Assembly: GCF_009914755.1 (NCBI RefSeq)
Contig: NC_060936.1
Direction: 5' to 3' (one strand)
DNA from: the human T2T-CHM13v2.0 reference genome, Homo sapiens
DNA length: 64,000 bases
Every line of letters begins with the position of its first letter. The stretch's first letter is position 1. Positions 40,301 through 55,300 of the stretch are shown here, piece by piece. The translations under genes were made by a program, and so were the position numbers. Below the pieces are notes generated by a model that saw only the letters and a program-made list of their open reading frames with translations, was not told the origin of the DNA and did no database searches.

Positions 40301-43300
40301 TGAAGAAATCCCGTTTCCAACGAAGGCCCCAAAGAGGTCCAAATATCTGCTTGCAGACTTTACAGACAGAGTTTTTCCAAACTGCTCCATCAATAGAAAG
40401 GTTAAACTCCTTGAGTTGAACACACACATCACAAAGTAGTTTCTGTGAATGATTCTGTCTAGTTTTTATAAGAAGATGTTTCCTTTTCTACCTTTGGTCT
40501 CAAAGCGATTGAAATCTCCACATGGAAACTCCACAAAAAGAGTGTTTCAAATCTGCTCTTTCTGAAGGAAGGTTCAACTCTGTGAGTTGAATACACACAC
40601 CACAAAGAAGTTACTGAGAATTCTTCTGTGTAACATTACATGAGGAAATCCCGTTTCCAACGAAGGCCTCAAAGAGGTCCAAATATCCACTTGCAGACTT
40701 TACAAAGACAGTGTCTCCAAACTCCTCCATCAAAAGAAAGGTTATACTCTGTGAATTGAACGCACACATCACAAAGTAGTTTCTGAGAATGATTCTGTCT
40801 AGTTTTTATACGAAGATATTTCCTTTTCTACATTTGGCCTAAAAGCGCTTGAAATCTCCACCTGCAAATATCACAAAAAGAGGGTTTCACATCTGCTCTG
40901 TCTAAAGGACAGTTCACCTCTGTGAGTTGAATAGAGGCAACACAAAGAACTTACTCAGTATTCTTCTTTCTAGCGTTCTATGAAGAAATCCCGTTTCCAA
41001 CGAAGGCCTCAAAGAGGTCAAATATCTGCTTGCAGACTTTACAGACAGAGTGTTTCCAAACTACTCTATGAAAAGAAAGCTTAAACTCCTTGAGTTGAAC
41101 GCACACATCACAAAGTAGTTTCTGAGAATGATTCTGTCTAGTTTTTATACGAAGATGTTTCCTTTTCTACATTTGGTCTCAAAGCGATTGAAATCTCCAA
41201 CTGGAAACTGCACAAATAGGCTGTTTCAAATCTGCTCTGTCTAAAGGAAGGTTCAGCTCTGTGAGTTGAATACACACACCACAAATAAGTTACTGAGAAT
41301 TCTTCTGTCGAACATTACAGGAAGAAATCCCGTTTCCAACGAAGGCCTCAAAGAGGTCCAAATATCCACTTGCAGACATTACAAACAGTGTGTTTCCCAA
41401 CTGCTCCATCAAAAGAAAGGTTAAACTCTGTGAGCTGAACACACACATCAAAAAGAAGTTTCTGTGAATGATTCTGTCTAGATTTTATAAGAAGATGTTT
41501 CCTTTTCTACCGTAGGCCTCAAAGCGCTTGAAATCTCCAGCTGCAAATTCCACAAAAAGGGTGTTTAACATCTGCTCTTCTAAAGGAAAGTTCAACTCTA
41601 TGAGTTGAATACACACAGCACAAAGAAGTTACTGAGACTTCTCCTATCAAACATTATATGAAGAAATCCCGTTTCCAACGAAGGCCTCAAAGAGGTCCAA
41701 ATATCTGCTTGCAGACTTTACAGAGAGTGTTTCCAAACTGCTCCATCAAAAGAAAGGTTAAACTCCTTGAGTTGAACACACACATCACAAAGTAGTTTCT
41801 GTGAATGATTCTGTCTAGTTTTTATACGAAGATGTTTCCTTTTCTACCTTTGGTCTCAAAGCGATTGAAATCTCCACATGGAAACTCCACAAAAAGAGTG
41901 TTTCAAATCTGCTCTTTCTGAAGGAAGGTTCAACTCTGTGAGTTGAATACACACACCACAAATAAGTTACTGAGAATTCTTCTGTGTAACATTATATGAG
42001 GAAATCCCGTTTCCAACGAAGGCGTCAAAGAGGTCCAAATATCCACTTGCAGACTTTACAAAGACAGTGTCTCCAAACTCCTCCATCAAAAGAAAGGTTA
42101 TACTCTGTGAATTGAACGCACACATCACAAAGTAGTTTCTGAGAATGATTATGTCTAGTTTTTATACGAAGATATTTCCTTTTCTACATTTGGCCTAAAA
42201 GCGCTTGAAATCTCCACCTGCAAATATCACAAAAAGAGGGTTTCACATCTGCTCTGTCTAAAGGACAGTTCACCTCTGTGAGTTGAATAGAGGCAACACA
42301 AAGAACTTACCCAGTATTCTTCTTTCTAGCATTCTATGAAGAAATCCCGTTTCCAACGAAGGCCCCAAAGAGGTCCAAATATCTGCTTGCAGACTTTACA
42401 GACAGAGTTTTTCCAAACTGCTCCATCAAAAGAAAGGTTAAACTCCTTGAGTTGAACACACACATCACAAAGTAGTTTCTGTGAATGATTCTGTCTAGTT
42501 TTTATAAGAAGATGTTTCCTTTTCTACCTTTGGTCTCAAAGCGATTGAAATCTCCACATGGAAACTCCTCAAAAAGAGTGTTTCAAATCTGCTCTTTCTG
42601 AAGGAAGGTTCAACTCTGTGAGTTGAATACACACACCACAAATAAGTTACTGAGAATTCTTCTGTGTAACATTATATGAGGAAATCCCGTTTCCAACGAA
42701 GGCCTCAAAGAGGTCCAAATATCCACTTGCAGACTTTACAAAGACAGTGTCTCCAAACTCCTCCATCAAAAGAAAGGTTATACTCTGTGAATTGAACGCA
42801 CACATCACAAAGTAGTTTCTGAGAATGATTCTGTCTAGTTTTTATACGAAGATATTTCCTTTTCTACATTTGGCCTAAAAGCGCTTGAAATCTCCACCTG
42901 CAAATATCACAAAAAGAGGGTTTCACATCTGCTCTGTCTAAAGGACAGTTCACCTCTGTGAGTTGAATAGAGGCAACACAAAGAACTTACTCAGTATTCT
43001 TCTTTCTAGCGTTCTATGAAGAAATCCCGTTTCCAACGAAGGCCTCAAAGAGGTCAAATATCTGCTTGCAGACTTTACAGACAGAGTGTTTCCAAACTAC
43101 TCTATGAAAAGAAAGCTTAAACTCCTTGAGTTGAACGCACACATCACAAAGTAGTTTCTGAGAATGATTCTGTCTAGTTTTTATACGAAGATGTTTCCTT
43201 TTCTACATTTGGTCTCAAAGCGATTGAAATCTCCAACTGGAAACTGCACAAATAGGCTGTTTCAAATCTGCTCTGTCTAAAGGAAGGTTCAGCTCTGTGA

Positions 43301-46300
43301 GTTGAATACACACACCACAAATAAGTTACTGAGAATTCTTCTGTCAAACATTACAGGAAGAAATCTCGTTTCCAACGAAGGCCTCAAAGAGGTCCAAATA
43401 TCCACTTGCAGACATTACAAACAGTGTGTTTCCCAACTGCTCCATCAAAAGAAAGGTTAAACTCTGTGAGCTGAACACACACATCAAAAAGAAGTTTCTG
43501 TGAATGATTCTGTCTAGATTTTATAAGAAGATGTTTCCTTTTCTACCGTAGGCCTCAAAGCGCTTGAAATCTCCAGCTGCAAATTCCACAAAAAGGGTGT
43601 TTAACATCTGCTCTTCTAAAGGAAAGTTCAACTCTATGAGTTGAATACACACAGCACAAAGAAGTTACTGAGACTTCTCCTGTCAAACATTATATGAAGA
43701 AATCCCGTTTCCAACGAAGGCCTCAAAGAGGTCCAAATATCTGCTTGCAGACTTTACAGACAGAGTGTTTCTAAACTGCTCCATCAAAAGAAAGGTTAAA
43801 CTCCTTGAGTTGAACACACACATCACAAAGTAGTTTCTGTGAATGATTCTGTCTAGTTTTTATACGAAGATGTTTCCTTTTCTACATTTGGTCTCAAAGC
43901 TCTTGAAATCTCCAACTGGAAACTGCACAAATAGGGTGTTTCAAATCTGCTCTGTCTAAAGGAAGGTTCAACTCTGTGAGTTGAATACACACACCACAAA
44001 TAAGTTACTGAGAATTCTTCTGTCGAACATTACTTGAAGAAATCCCGTTTCCAACGAAGGCCTCAAAGAGGTCCAAATATCCACTTGCAGACGTTACAAA
44101 CAGAGTGTTTCCAAACTGCTCCATCAAAAGAAAGGTTAAACTCTGTGAGCTGAACACACACATCAAAAAGAAGTTTCTGTGAATGATTCTGTCTAGATTT
44201 TATAAGAAGATGTTTCCTTTTCTACCGTAGGCCTCAAAGCGCTTGAAATCTCCAGCTGCAAATTCCACAAAAAGGGTGTTTAACATCTGCTCTTCTAAAG
44301 GAAAGTTCAACTCTATGAGTTGAATACACACAGCACAAAGAAGTTACTGAGACTTCTCCTATCAAACATTATATGAAGAAATCCCGTTTCCAACGAAGGC
44401 CTCAAAGAGGTCCAAATATCTGCTTGCAGACTTTACAGACAGAGTGTTTCCAAACTGCTCCATCAAAAGAAAGGTTAAACTCCTTGAGTTGAACACACAC
44501 ATCACAAAGTAGTTTCTGTGAATGATTCTGTCTAGTTTTTATACGAAGATGTTTCCTTTTCTACCTTTGGTCTCAAAGCGATTGAAATCTCCACATGGAA
44601 ACTCCACCAAAAGAGTGTTTCAAATCTGCTCTTTCTGAAGGAAGGTTCAACTCTGTGAGTTGAATACACACACCACAAATAAGTTACTGAGAATTCTTCT
44701 GTGTAACATTATATGAGGAAATCCCGTTTCCAACGAAGGCCTCAAAGAGGTCCAAATATCCACTTGCAGACTTTACAAAGACAGTGTCTCCAAACTCCTC
44801 CATCAAAAGAAAGGTTATACTCCGTGAATTGAACGCACACATCACAAAGTAGTTTCTGAGAATGATTCTGTCTAGTTTTTATACAAAGATATTACCTTTT
44901 CTACATTTGGCCTAAAAGCGCTTGAAATCTCCACCTGCAAATATCACAAAAAGAGGGTTTCACATCTGCTCTGTCTAAAGGACAGTTCACCTCTGTGAGT
45001 TGAATAGAGGCAACACAAAGAACTTACTCAGTATTCTTCTTTCTAGCATTCTATGAAGAAATCCCGTTTCCAACGAAGGCCCCAAAGAGGTCCAAATATC
45101 TGCTTGCAGACTTTACAGACAGAGTTTTTCCAAACTGCTCCATCAAAAGAAAGGTTAAACTCCTTGAGTTGAACACACACATCACAAAGTAGTTTCTGTG
45201 AATGATTCTGTCTAGTTTTTATAAGAAGATGTTTCCTTTTCTACCTTTGGTCTCAAAGCGATTGAAATCTCCACATGGAAACTCCTCAAAAAGAGTGTTT
45301 CAAATCTGCTCTTTCTGAAGGAAGGTTCAACTCTGTGAGTTGAATACACACACCACAAATAAGTTACTGAGAATTCTTCTGTGTAACATTATATGAGGAA
45401 ATCCCGTTTCCAACGAAGGCCTCAAAGAGGTCCAAATATCCACTTGCAGACTTTACAAAGACAGTGTCTCCAAACTCCTCCATCAAAAGAAAGGTTATAC
45501 TCTGTGAATTGAACGCACACATCACAAAGTAGTTTCTGAGAATGATTCTGTCTAGTTTTTATACGAAGATATTTCCTTTTCTACATTTGGCCTAAAAGCG
45601 CTTGAAATCTCCACCTGCAAATATCACAAAAAGAGGGTTTCACATCTGCTGTGTCTAAAGGACAGTTCACCTCTGTGAGTTGAATAGAGGCAACACAAAG
45701 AACTTACTCAGTATTCTTCTTTCTAGCGTTCTATGAAGAAATCCCGTTTCCAACGAAGGCCTCAAAGAGGTCAAATATCTGCTTGCAGACTTTACAGACA
45801 GAGTGTTTCCAAACTACTCTATGAAAAGAAAGCTTAAACTCCTTGAGTTGAACGCACACATCACAAAGTAGTTTCTGAGAATGATTCTGTCTAGTTTTTA
45901 TACGAAGATGTTTCCTTTTCTACATTTGGTCTCAAAGCGATTGAAATCTCCAACTGGAAACTGCACAAATAGGCTGTTTCAAATCTGCTCTGTCTAAAGG
46001 AAGGTTCAGCTCTGTGAGTTGAATACACACACCACAAATAAGTTACTGAGAATTCTTCTGTCGAACATTACAGGAAGAAATCCCGTTTCCAACGAAGGCC
46101 TCAAAGAGGTCCAAATATCCACTTGCAGACATTACAAACAGTGTGTTTCCCAACTGCTCCATCAAAAGAAAGGTTAAACTCTGTGAGCTGAACACACACA
46201 TCAAAAAGAAGTTTCTGTGAATGATTCTGTCTAGATTTTATAAGAAGATGTTTCCTTTTCTACCGTAGGCCTCAAAGCGCTTGAAATCTCCAGCTGCAAA

Positions 46301-49300
46301 TTCCACAAAAAGGGTGTTTAACATCTGCTCTTCTAAAGGAAAGTTCAACTCTATGAGTTGAATACACACAGCACAAAGAAGTTACTGAGACTTCTCCTAT
46401 CAAACATTATATGAAGAAATCCCGTTTCCAACGAAGGCCTCAAAGAGGTCCAAATATCTGCTTGCAGACTTTACAGACAGAGTGTTTCCAAACTGCTCCA
46501 TCAAAAGAAAGGTTAAACTCCTTGAGTTGAACACACACATCACAAAGTAGTTTCTGTGAATGATTCTGTCTAGTTTTTATACGAAGATGTTTCCTTTTCT
46601 ACCTTTGGTCTCAAAGCGATTGAAATCTCCACATGGAAACTCCACAAAAAGAGTGTTTCAAATCTGCTCTTTCTGAAGGAAGGTTCAACTCTGTGAGTTG
46701 AATACACACACCACAAATAAGTTACTGAGAATTCTTCTGTGTAACATTATATGAGGAAATCCCGTTTCCAACGAAGGCCTCAAAGAGGTCCAAATATCCA
46801 CTTGCAGACTTTACAAAGACAGTGTCTCCAAACTCCTCCATCAAAAGAAAGGTTATACTCTGTGAATTGAACGCACACATCACAAAGTAGTTTCTGAGAA
46901 TGATTCTGTCTAGTTTTTATACGAAGATATTTCCTTTTCTACATTTGGCCTAAAAGCGCTTGAAATCTCCACCTGCAAATATCACAAAAAGAGGGTTTCA
47001 CATCTGCTCTGTCTAAAGGACAGTTCACCTCTGTGAGTTGAATAGAGGCAACACAAAGAACTTACTCAGTATTCTTCTTTCTAGCATTCTATGAAGAAAT
47101 CCCGTTTCCAACGAAGGCCCCAAAGAGGTCCAAATATCTGCTTGCAGACATTACAGACAGAGTTTTTCCAAACTGCTCCATCAAAAGAAAGGTTAAACTC
47201 CTTGAGTTGAACACACACATCACAAAGTAGTTTCTGTGAATGATTCTGTCTAGTTTTTATAAGAAGATGTTTCCTTTTCTACCTTTGGTCTCAAAGCGAT
47301 TGAAATCTCCACATGGAAACTCCTCAAAAAGAGTGTTTCAAATCTGCTCTTTCTGAAGGAAGGTTCAACTCTGTGAGTTGAATACACACACCACAAATAA
47401 GTTACTGAGAATTCTTCTGTGTAACATTATATGAGGAAATCCCGTTTCCAATGAAGGCCTCAAAGAGGTCCAAATATCCACTTGCAGACTTTACAAAGAC
47501 AGTGTCTCCAAACTCCTCCATGAAAAGAAAGGTTATACTCTGTGAATTGAACGCACACATCACAAAGTAGTTTCTGAGAATGATTCTGTCTAGTTTTTAT
47601 ACGAAGATATTTCCTTTTCTACATTTGGCCTAAAAGCGCTTGAAATCTCCACCTGCAAATATCACAAAAAGAGGGTTTCACATCTGCTCTGTCTAAAGGA
47701 CAGTTCACCTCTGTGAGTTGAATAGAGGCAACACAAAGAACTTACTCAGTATTCTTCTTTCTAGCGTTCTATGAAGAAATCCCGTTTCCAACGAAGGCCT
47801 CAAAGAGGTCAAATATCTGCTTGCAGACTTTACAGACAGAGTGTTTCCAAACTACTCTATGAAAAGAAAGCTTAAACTCCTTGAGTTGAACGCACACATC
47901 ACAAAGTAGTTTCTGAGAATGATTCTGTCTAGTTTTTATACGAAGATGTTTCCTTTTCTACATTTGGTCTCAAAGCGATTGAAATCTCCAACTGGAAACT
48001 GCACAAATAGGCTGTTTCAAATCTGCTCTGTCTAAAGGAAGGTTCAGCTCTGTGAGTTGAATACACACACCACAAATAAGTTACTGAGAATTCTTCTGTC
48101 GAACATTACAGGAAGAAATCCCGTTTCCAACGAAGGCCTCAAAGAGCTCCAAATATCCACTTGCAGACATTACAAACAGTGTGTTTCCCAACTGCTTCAT
48201 CAAAAGAAAGGTTAAACTCTGTGAGCTGAACACACACATCAAAAAGAAGTTTCTGTGAATGATTCTGTCTAGATTTTATAAGAAGATGTTTCCTTTTCTA
48301 CCGTAGGCCTCAAAGCGCTTGAAATCTCCAGCTGCAAATTCCACAAAAAGGGTGTTTAACATCTGCTCTTCTAAAGGAAAGTTCAACTCTATGAGTTGAA
48401 TACACACAGCACAAAGAAGTTACTGAGACTTCTCCTATCAAACGTTATATGAAGAAATCCCGTTTCCAACGAAGGCCTCAAAGAGGTCCAAATATCTGCT
48501 TGCAGACTTTACAGACAGAGTGTTTCCAAACTGCTCCATCAAAAGAAAGGTTAAACTCCTTGAGTTGAACACACACATCACAAAGTAGTTTCTGTGAATG
48601 ATACTGTCTAGTTTTTATACGAAGATGTTTCCTTTTCTACCTTTGGTCTCAAAGCGATTGAAATCTCCACATGGAAACTCCACAAAAAGAGTGTTTCAAA
48701 TCTGCTCTTTCTGAAGGAAGGTTCAACTCTGTGAGTTGAATACACACACCACAAATAAGTTACTGAGAATTCTTCTGTGTAACATTATATGAGGAAATCC
48801 CGTTTCCAACGAAGGCGTCAAAGAGGTCCAAATATCCACTTGCAGACTTTACAAAGACAGTGTCTCCAAACTCCTCCATCAAAAGAAAGGTTATACTCTG
48901 TGAATTGAACGCACACATCACAAAGTAGTTTCTGAGAATGATTCTGTCTAGTTTTTATACGAAGATATTTCCTTTTCTACATTTGGCCTAAAAGCGCTTG
49001 AAATCTCCACCTGCAAATATCACAAAAAGAGGGTTTCACATCTGCTCTGTCTAAAGGACAGTTCACCTCTGTGAGTTGAATAGAGGCAACACAAAGAACT
49101 TACTCAGTATTCTTCTTTCTAGCATTCTATGAAGAAATCCCGTTTCCAACGAAGGCCCCAAAGAGGTCCAAATATCTGCTTGCAGACTTTACAGACAGAG
49201 TTTTTCCAAACTGCTCCATCAAAAGAAAGGTTAAACTCCTTGAGTTGAACACACACATCACAAAGTAGTTTCTGTGAATGATTCTGTCTAGTTTTTATAC

Positions 49301-52300
49301 GAAGATGTTTCCTTTTCTACCTTTGGTCTCAAAGCGATTGAAATCTCCACATGGAAACTCCACCAAAAGAGTGTTTCAAATCTGCTCTTTCTGAAGGAAG
49401 GTTCAACTCTGTGAGTTGAATACACACACCACAAATAAGTTACTGAGAATTCTTCTGTGTAACATTATATGAGGAAATCCCGTTTCCAACGAAGGCCTCA
49501 AAGAGGTCCAAATATCCACTTGCAGACTTTACAAAGACAGTGTCTCCAAACTCCTCCATCAAAAGAAAGGTTATACTCTGTGAATTGAACGCACACATCA
49601 CAAAGTAGTTTCTGAGAATGATTCTGTCTAGTTTTTATACGAAGATATTTCCTTTTCTACATTTGGCCTAAAAGCGCTTGAAATCTCCACCTGCAAATAT
49701 CACAAAAAGAGGGTTTCACATCTGCTCTGTCTAAAGGACAGTTCACGTCTGTGAGTTGAATAGAGGCAACACAAAGAACTTACTCAGTATTCTTCTTTCT
49801 AGCGTTCTATGAAGAAATCCCGTTTCCAACGAAGGCCTCAAAGAAGTCAAATATCTGCTTGCAGACTTTACAGACAGAGTGTTTCCAAACTACTCTATGA
49901 AAAGAAAGCTTAAACTCCTTGAGTTGAACGCACACATCACAATGTAGTTTCTGAGAATGATTCTGTCTAGTTTTTATACGAAGATGTTTCCTTTTCTACA
50001 TTTGGTCTCAAAGCGATTGAAATCTCCAACTGGAAACTGCACAAATAGGCTGTTTCAAATCTGCTCTGTCTAAAGGAAGGGTCAGCTCTGTGAGTTGAAT
50101 ACACACACCACAAATAAGTTACTGAGAATTCTTCTGTCGAACATTACAGGAAGAAATCCCGTTTCCAACGAAGGCCTCAAAGAGGTCCAAATATCCACTT
50201 GCAGACATTACAAACAGTGTGTTTCCAAACTGCTCCATCAAAAGAAAGGTTAAACTCTGTGAGCTGAACACACACATCAAAAAGAAGTTTCTGTGAATGA
50301 TTCTGTCTAGATTTTATAAGAAGATGTTTCCTTTTCTACCGTAGGCCTCAAAGCGCTTGAAATCTCCAGCTGCAAATTCCACAAAAAGGGTGTTTAACAT
50401 CTGCTCTTCTAAAGGAAAGTTCAACTCTATGAGTTGAATACACACAGCACAAAGAAGTTACTGAGACTTCTCCTATCAAACATTATATGAAGAAATCCCG
50501 TTTCCAACGAAGGCCTCAAAGAGGTCCAAATATCTGCTTGCAGACTTTACAGACAGAGTGTTTCCAAACTGCTCCATCAAAAGAAAGGTTAAACTCCTTG
50601 AGTTGAACACACACATCACAAAGTAGTTTCTGTGAATGATTCTGTCTAGTTTTTATACGAAGATGTTTCCTTTTCTACCTTTGGTCTCAAAGCGATTGAA
50701 ATCTCCACATGGAAACTCCACCAAAAGAGTGTTTCAAATCTGCTCTTTCTGAAGGAAGGTTCAACTCTGTGAGTTGAATACACACACCACAAATAAGTTA
50801 CTGAGAATTCTTCTGTGTAACATTATATGAGGAAATCCCGTTTCCAACGAAGGCCTCAAAGAGGTCCAAATATCCACTTGCAGACTTTACAAAGACAGTG
50901 TCTCCAAACTCCTCCATCAAAAGAAAGGTTATACTCTGTGAATTGAACGCACACATCACAAAGTAGTTTCTGAGAATGATTCTGTCTAGTTTTTATACAA
51001 AGATATTACCTTTTCTACATTTGGCCTAAAAGCGCTTGAAATCTCCACCTGCAAATATCACAAAAAGAGGGTTTCACATCTGCTCTGTCTAAAGGACAGT
51101 TCACCTCTGTGAGTTGAATAGAGGCAACACAAAGAACTTACTCAGTATTCTTCTTTCTAGCGTTCTATGAAGAAATCCCGTTTCCAACGAAGGCCTTAAA
51201 GAGGTCAAATATCTGCTTGCAGACTTTACAGACAGAGTGTTTCCAAACTACTCTATGAAAAGAAAGCTTAAACTCCTTGAGTTGAACGCACACATCACAA
51301 AGTAGTTTCTGAGAATGATTCTGTCTAGTTTTTATACGAAGATGTTTCCTTTTCTACATTTGGTCTCAAAGCGATTGAAATCTCCAACTGGAAACTGCAC
51401 AAATAGGGTGTTTCAAATCTGCTCTGTCTAAAGGAAGGTTCAACTCTGTGAGTTGAATACACACACCACAAATAAGTTACTGAGAATTCTTCTGTCGAAC
51501 ATTACTTGAAGAAATCCCGTTTCCAACGAAGGCCTCAAAGAGGTCCAAATATCCACTTGCAGACGTTACAAACAGAGTGTTTCCAAACTGCTCCATCAAA
51601 AGAAAGGTTAAACTCTGTGAGCTGAACACACACATCAAAAAGAAGTTTCTGTGAATGATTCTGTCTAGATTTTATAAGAAGATGTTTCCTTTTCTACCGT
51701 AGGCCTCAAAGCGCTTGAAATCTCCAGCTGCAAATTCCACAAAAAGGGTGTTTAACATCTGCTCTTCTAAAGGAAAGTTCAACTCTGTGAGTTGAATACA
51801 CACAGCACAAAGAAGTTACTGAGACTTCTCCTATCAAACATTATATGAAGAAATCCCGTTTCCAACGAAGGCCTCAAAGAGGTCCAAATATCTGCTTGCA
51901 GACTTTACAGACAGTGTGTTTCCAAACTGCTCCATCAAAAGAAAGGTTAAACTCCTTGAGTTGAACACACACATCACAAAGTAGTTTCTGTGAATGATTC
52001 TGTCTAGTTTTTATACGAAGATGTTTCCTTTTCTACCTTTGGTCTCAAAGCGATTGAAATCTCCACATGGAAACTCCACAAAAAGAGTGTTTCAAATCTG
52101 CTCTTTCTGAAGGAAGGTTCAACTCTGTGAGTTGAATACACACCCCACAAATAAGTTACTGGGAATTCTTCTGTGTAACATTATATGAGGAAATCCCGTT
52201 TCCAACGAAGGCCTTAAAGAGGTCCAAATATCCACTTGCAGACTTTACAAAGACAGTGTCTCCAAACTCCTCCATCAAAAGAAAGGTTATACTCTGTGAA

Positions 52301-55300
52301 TTGAACGCACACATCACAAAGTAGTTTCTGAGAATGATTCTGTCTAGTTTTTATACGAAGATATTTCCTTTTCTACATTTGGCCTAAAAGCGCTTGAAAT
52401 CTCCACCTGCAAATATCACAAAAAGAGGGTTTCACATCTGCTCTGTCTAAAGGACAGTTCACCTCTGTGAGTTGAATAGAGGCAACACAAAGAACTTACT
52501 CAGTATTCTTCTTTCTAGCATTCTATGAAGAAATCCCGTTTCCAACGAAGGCCCCAAAGAGGTCCAAATATCTGCTTGCAGACTTTACAGACAGAGTTTT
52601 TCCAAACTGCTCCATCAATAGAAAGGTTAAACTCCTTGAGTTGAACACACACATCACAAAGTAGTTTCTGTGAATGATTCTGTCTAGTTTTTATAAGAAG
52701 ATGTTTCCTTTTCTACCTTTGGTCTCAAAGCGATTGAAATCTCCACATGGAAACTCCACAAAAAGAGTGTTTCAAATCTGCTCTTTCTGAAGGAAGGTTC
52801 AACTCTGTGAGTTGAATACACACACCACAAAGAAGTTACTGAGAATTCTTCTGTGTAACATTACATGAGGAAATCCCGTTTCCAACGAAGGCCTCAAAGA
52901 GGTCCAAATATCCACTTGCAGACTTTACAAAGACAGTGTCTCCAAACTCCTCCATCAAAAGAAAGGTTATACTCTGTGAATTGAACGCACACATCACAAA
53001 GTAGTTTCTGAGAATGATTCTGTCTAGTTTTTATACGAAGATATTTCCTTTTCTACATTTGGCCTAAAAGCGCTTGAAATCTCCACCTGCAAATATCACA
53101 AAAAGAGGGTTTCACATCTGCTCTGTCTAAAGGACAGTTCACCTCTGTGAGTTGAATAGAGGCAACACAAAGAACTTACTCAGTATTCTTCTTTCTAGCG
53201 TTCTATGAAGAAATCCCGTTTCCAACGAAGGCCTCAAAGAGGTCAAATATCTGCTTGCAGACTTTACAGACAGAGTGTTTCCAAACTACTCTATGAAAAG
53301 AAAGCTTAAACTCCTTGAGTTGAACGCACACATCACAAAGTAGTTTCTGAGAATGATTCTGTCTAGTTTTTATACGAAGATGTTTCCTTTTCTACATTTG
53401 GTCTCAAAGCGATTGAAATCTCCAACTGGAAACTGCACAAATAGGCTGTTTCAAATCTGCTCTGTCTAAAGGAAGGTTCAGCTCTGTGAGTTGAATACAC
53501 ACACCACAAATAAGTTACTGAGAATTCTTCTGTCGAACATTACAGGAAGAAATCCCGTTTCCAACGAAGGCCTCAAAGAGGTCCAAATATCCACTTGCAG
53601 ACATTACAAACAGTGTGTTTCCCAACTGCTCCATCAAAAGAAAGGTTAAACTCTGTGAGCTGAACACACACATCAAAAAGAAGTTTCTGTGAATGATTCT
53701 GTCTAGATTTTATAAGAAGATGTTTCCTTTTCTACCGTAGGCCTCAAAGCGCTTGAAATCTCCAGCTGCAAATTCCACAAAAAGGGTGTTTAACATCTGC
53801 TCTTCTAAAGGAAAGTTCAACTCTATGAGTTGAATACACACAGCACAAAGAAGTTACTGAGACTTCTCCTATCAAACATTATATGAAGAAATCCCGTTTC
53901 CAACGAAGGCCTCAAAGAGGTCCAAATATCTGCTTGCAGACTTTACAGAGAGTGTTTCCAAACTGCTCCATCAAAAGAAAGGTTAAACTCCTTGAGTTGA
54001 ACACACACATCACAAAGTAGTTTCTGTGAATGATTCTGTCTAGTTTTTATACGAAGATGTTTCCTTTTCTACCTTTGGTCTCAAAGCGATTGAAATCTCC
54101 ACATGGAAACTCCACAAAAAGAGTGTTTCAAATCTGCTCTTTCTGAAGGAAGGTTCAACTCTGTGAGTTGAATACACACACCACAAATAAGTTACTGAGA
54201 ATTCTTCTGTGTAACATTATATGAGGAAATCCCGTTTCCAACGAAGGCGTCAAAGAGGTCCAAATATCCACTTGCAGACTTTACAAAGACAGTGTCTCCA
54301 AACTCCTCCATCAAAAGAAAGGTTATACTCTGTGAATTGAACGCACACATCACAAAGTAGTTTCTGAGAATGATTATGTCTAGTTTTTATACGAAGATAT
54401 TTCCTTTTCTACATTTGGCCTAAAAGCGCTTGAAATCTCCACCTGCAAATATCACAAAAAGAGGGTTTCACATCTGCTCTGTCTAAAGGACAGTTCACCT
54501 CTGTGAGTTGAATAGAGGCAACACAAAGAACTTACCCAGTATTCTTCTTTCTAGCATTCTATGAAGAAATCCCGTTTCCAACGAAGGCCCCAAAGAGGTC
54601 CAAATATCTGCTTGCAGACTTTACAGACAGAGTTTTTCCAAACTGCTCCATCAAAAGAAAGGTTAAACTCCTTGAGTTGAACACACACATCACAAAGTAG
54701 TTTCTGTGAATGATTCTGTCTAGTTTTTATAAGAAGATGTTTCCTTTTCTACCTTTGGTCTCAAAGCGATTGAAATCTCCACATGGAAACTCCTCAAAAA
54801 GAGTGTTTCAAATCTGCTCTTTCTGAAGGAAGGTTCAACTCTGTGAGTTGAATACACACACCACAAATAAGTTACTGAGAATTCTTCTGTGTAACATTAT
54901 ATGAGGAAATCCCGTTTCCAACGAAGGCCTCAAAGAGGTCCAAATATCCACTTGCAGACTTTACAAAGACAGTGTCTCCAAACTCCTCCATCAAAAGAAA
55001 GGTTATACTCTGTGAATTGAACGCACACATCACAAAGTAGTTTCTGAGAATGATTCTGTCTAGTTTTTATACGAAGATATTTCCTTTTCTACATTTGGCC
55101 TAAAAGCGCTTGAAATCTCCACCTGCAAATATCACAAAAAGAGGGTTTCACATCTGCTCTGTCTAAAGGACAGTTCACCTCTGTGAGTTGAATAGAGGCA
55201 ACACAAAGAACTTACTCAGTATTCTTCTTTCTAGCGTTCTATGAAGAAATCCCGTTTCCAACGAAGGCCTCAAAGAGGTCAAATATCTGCTTGCAGACTT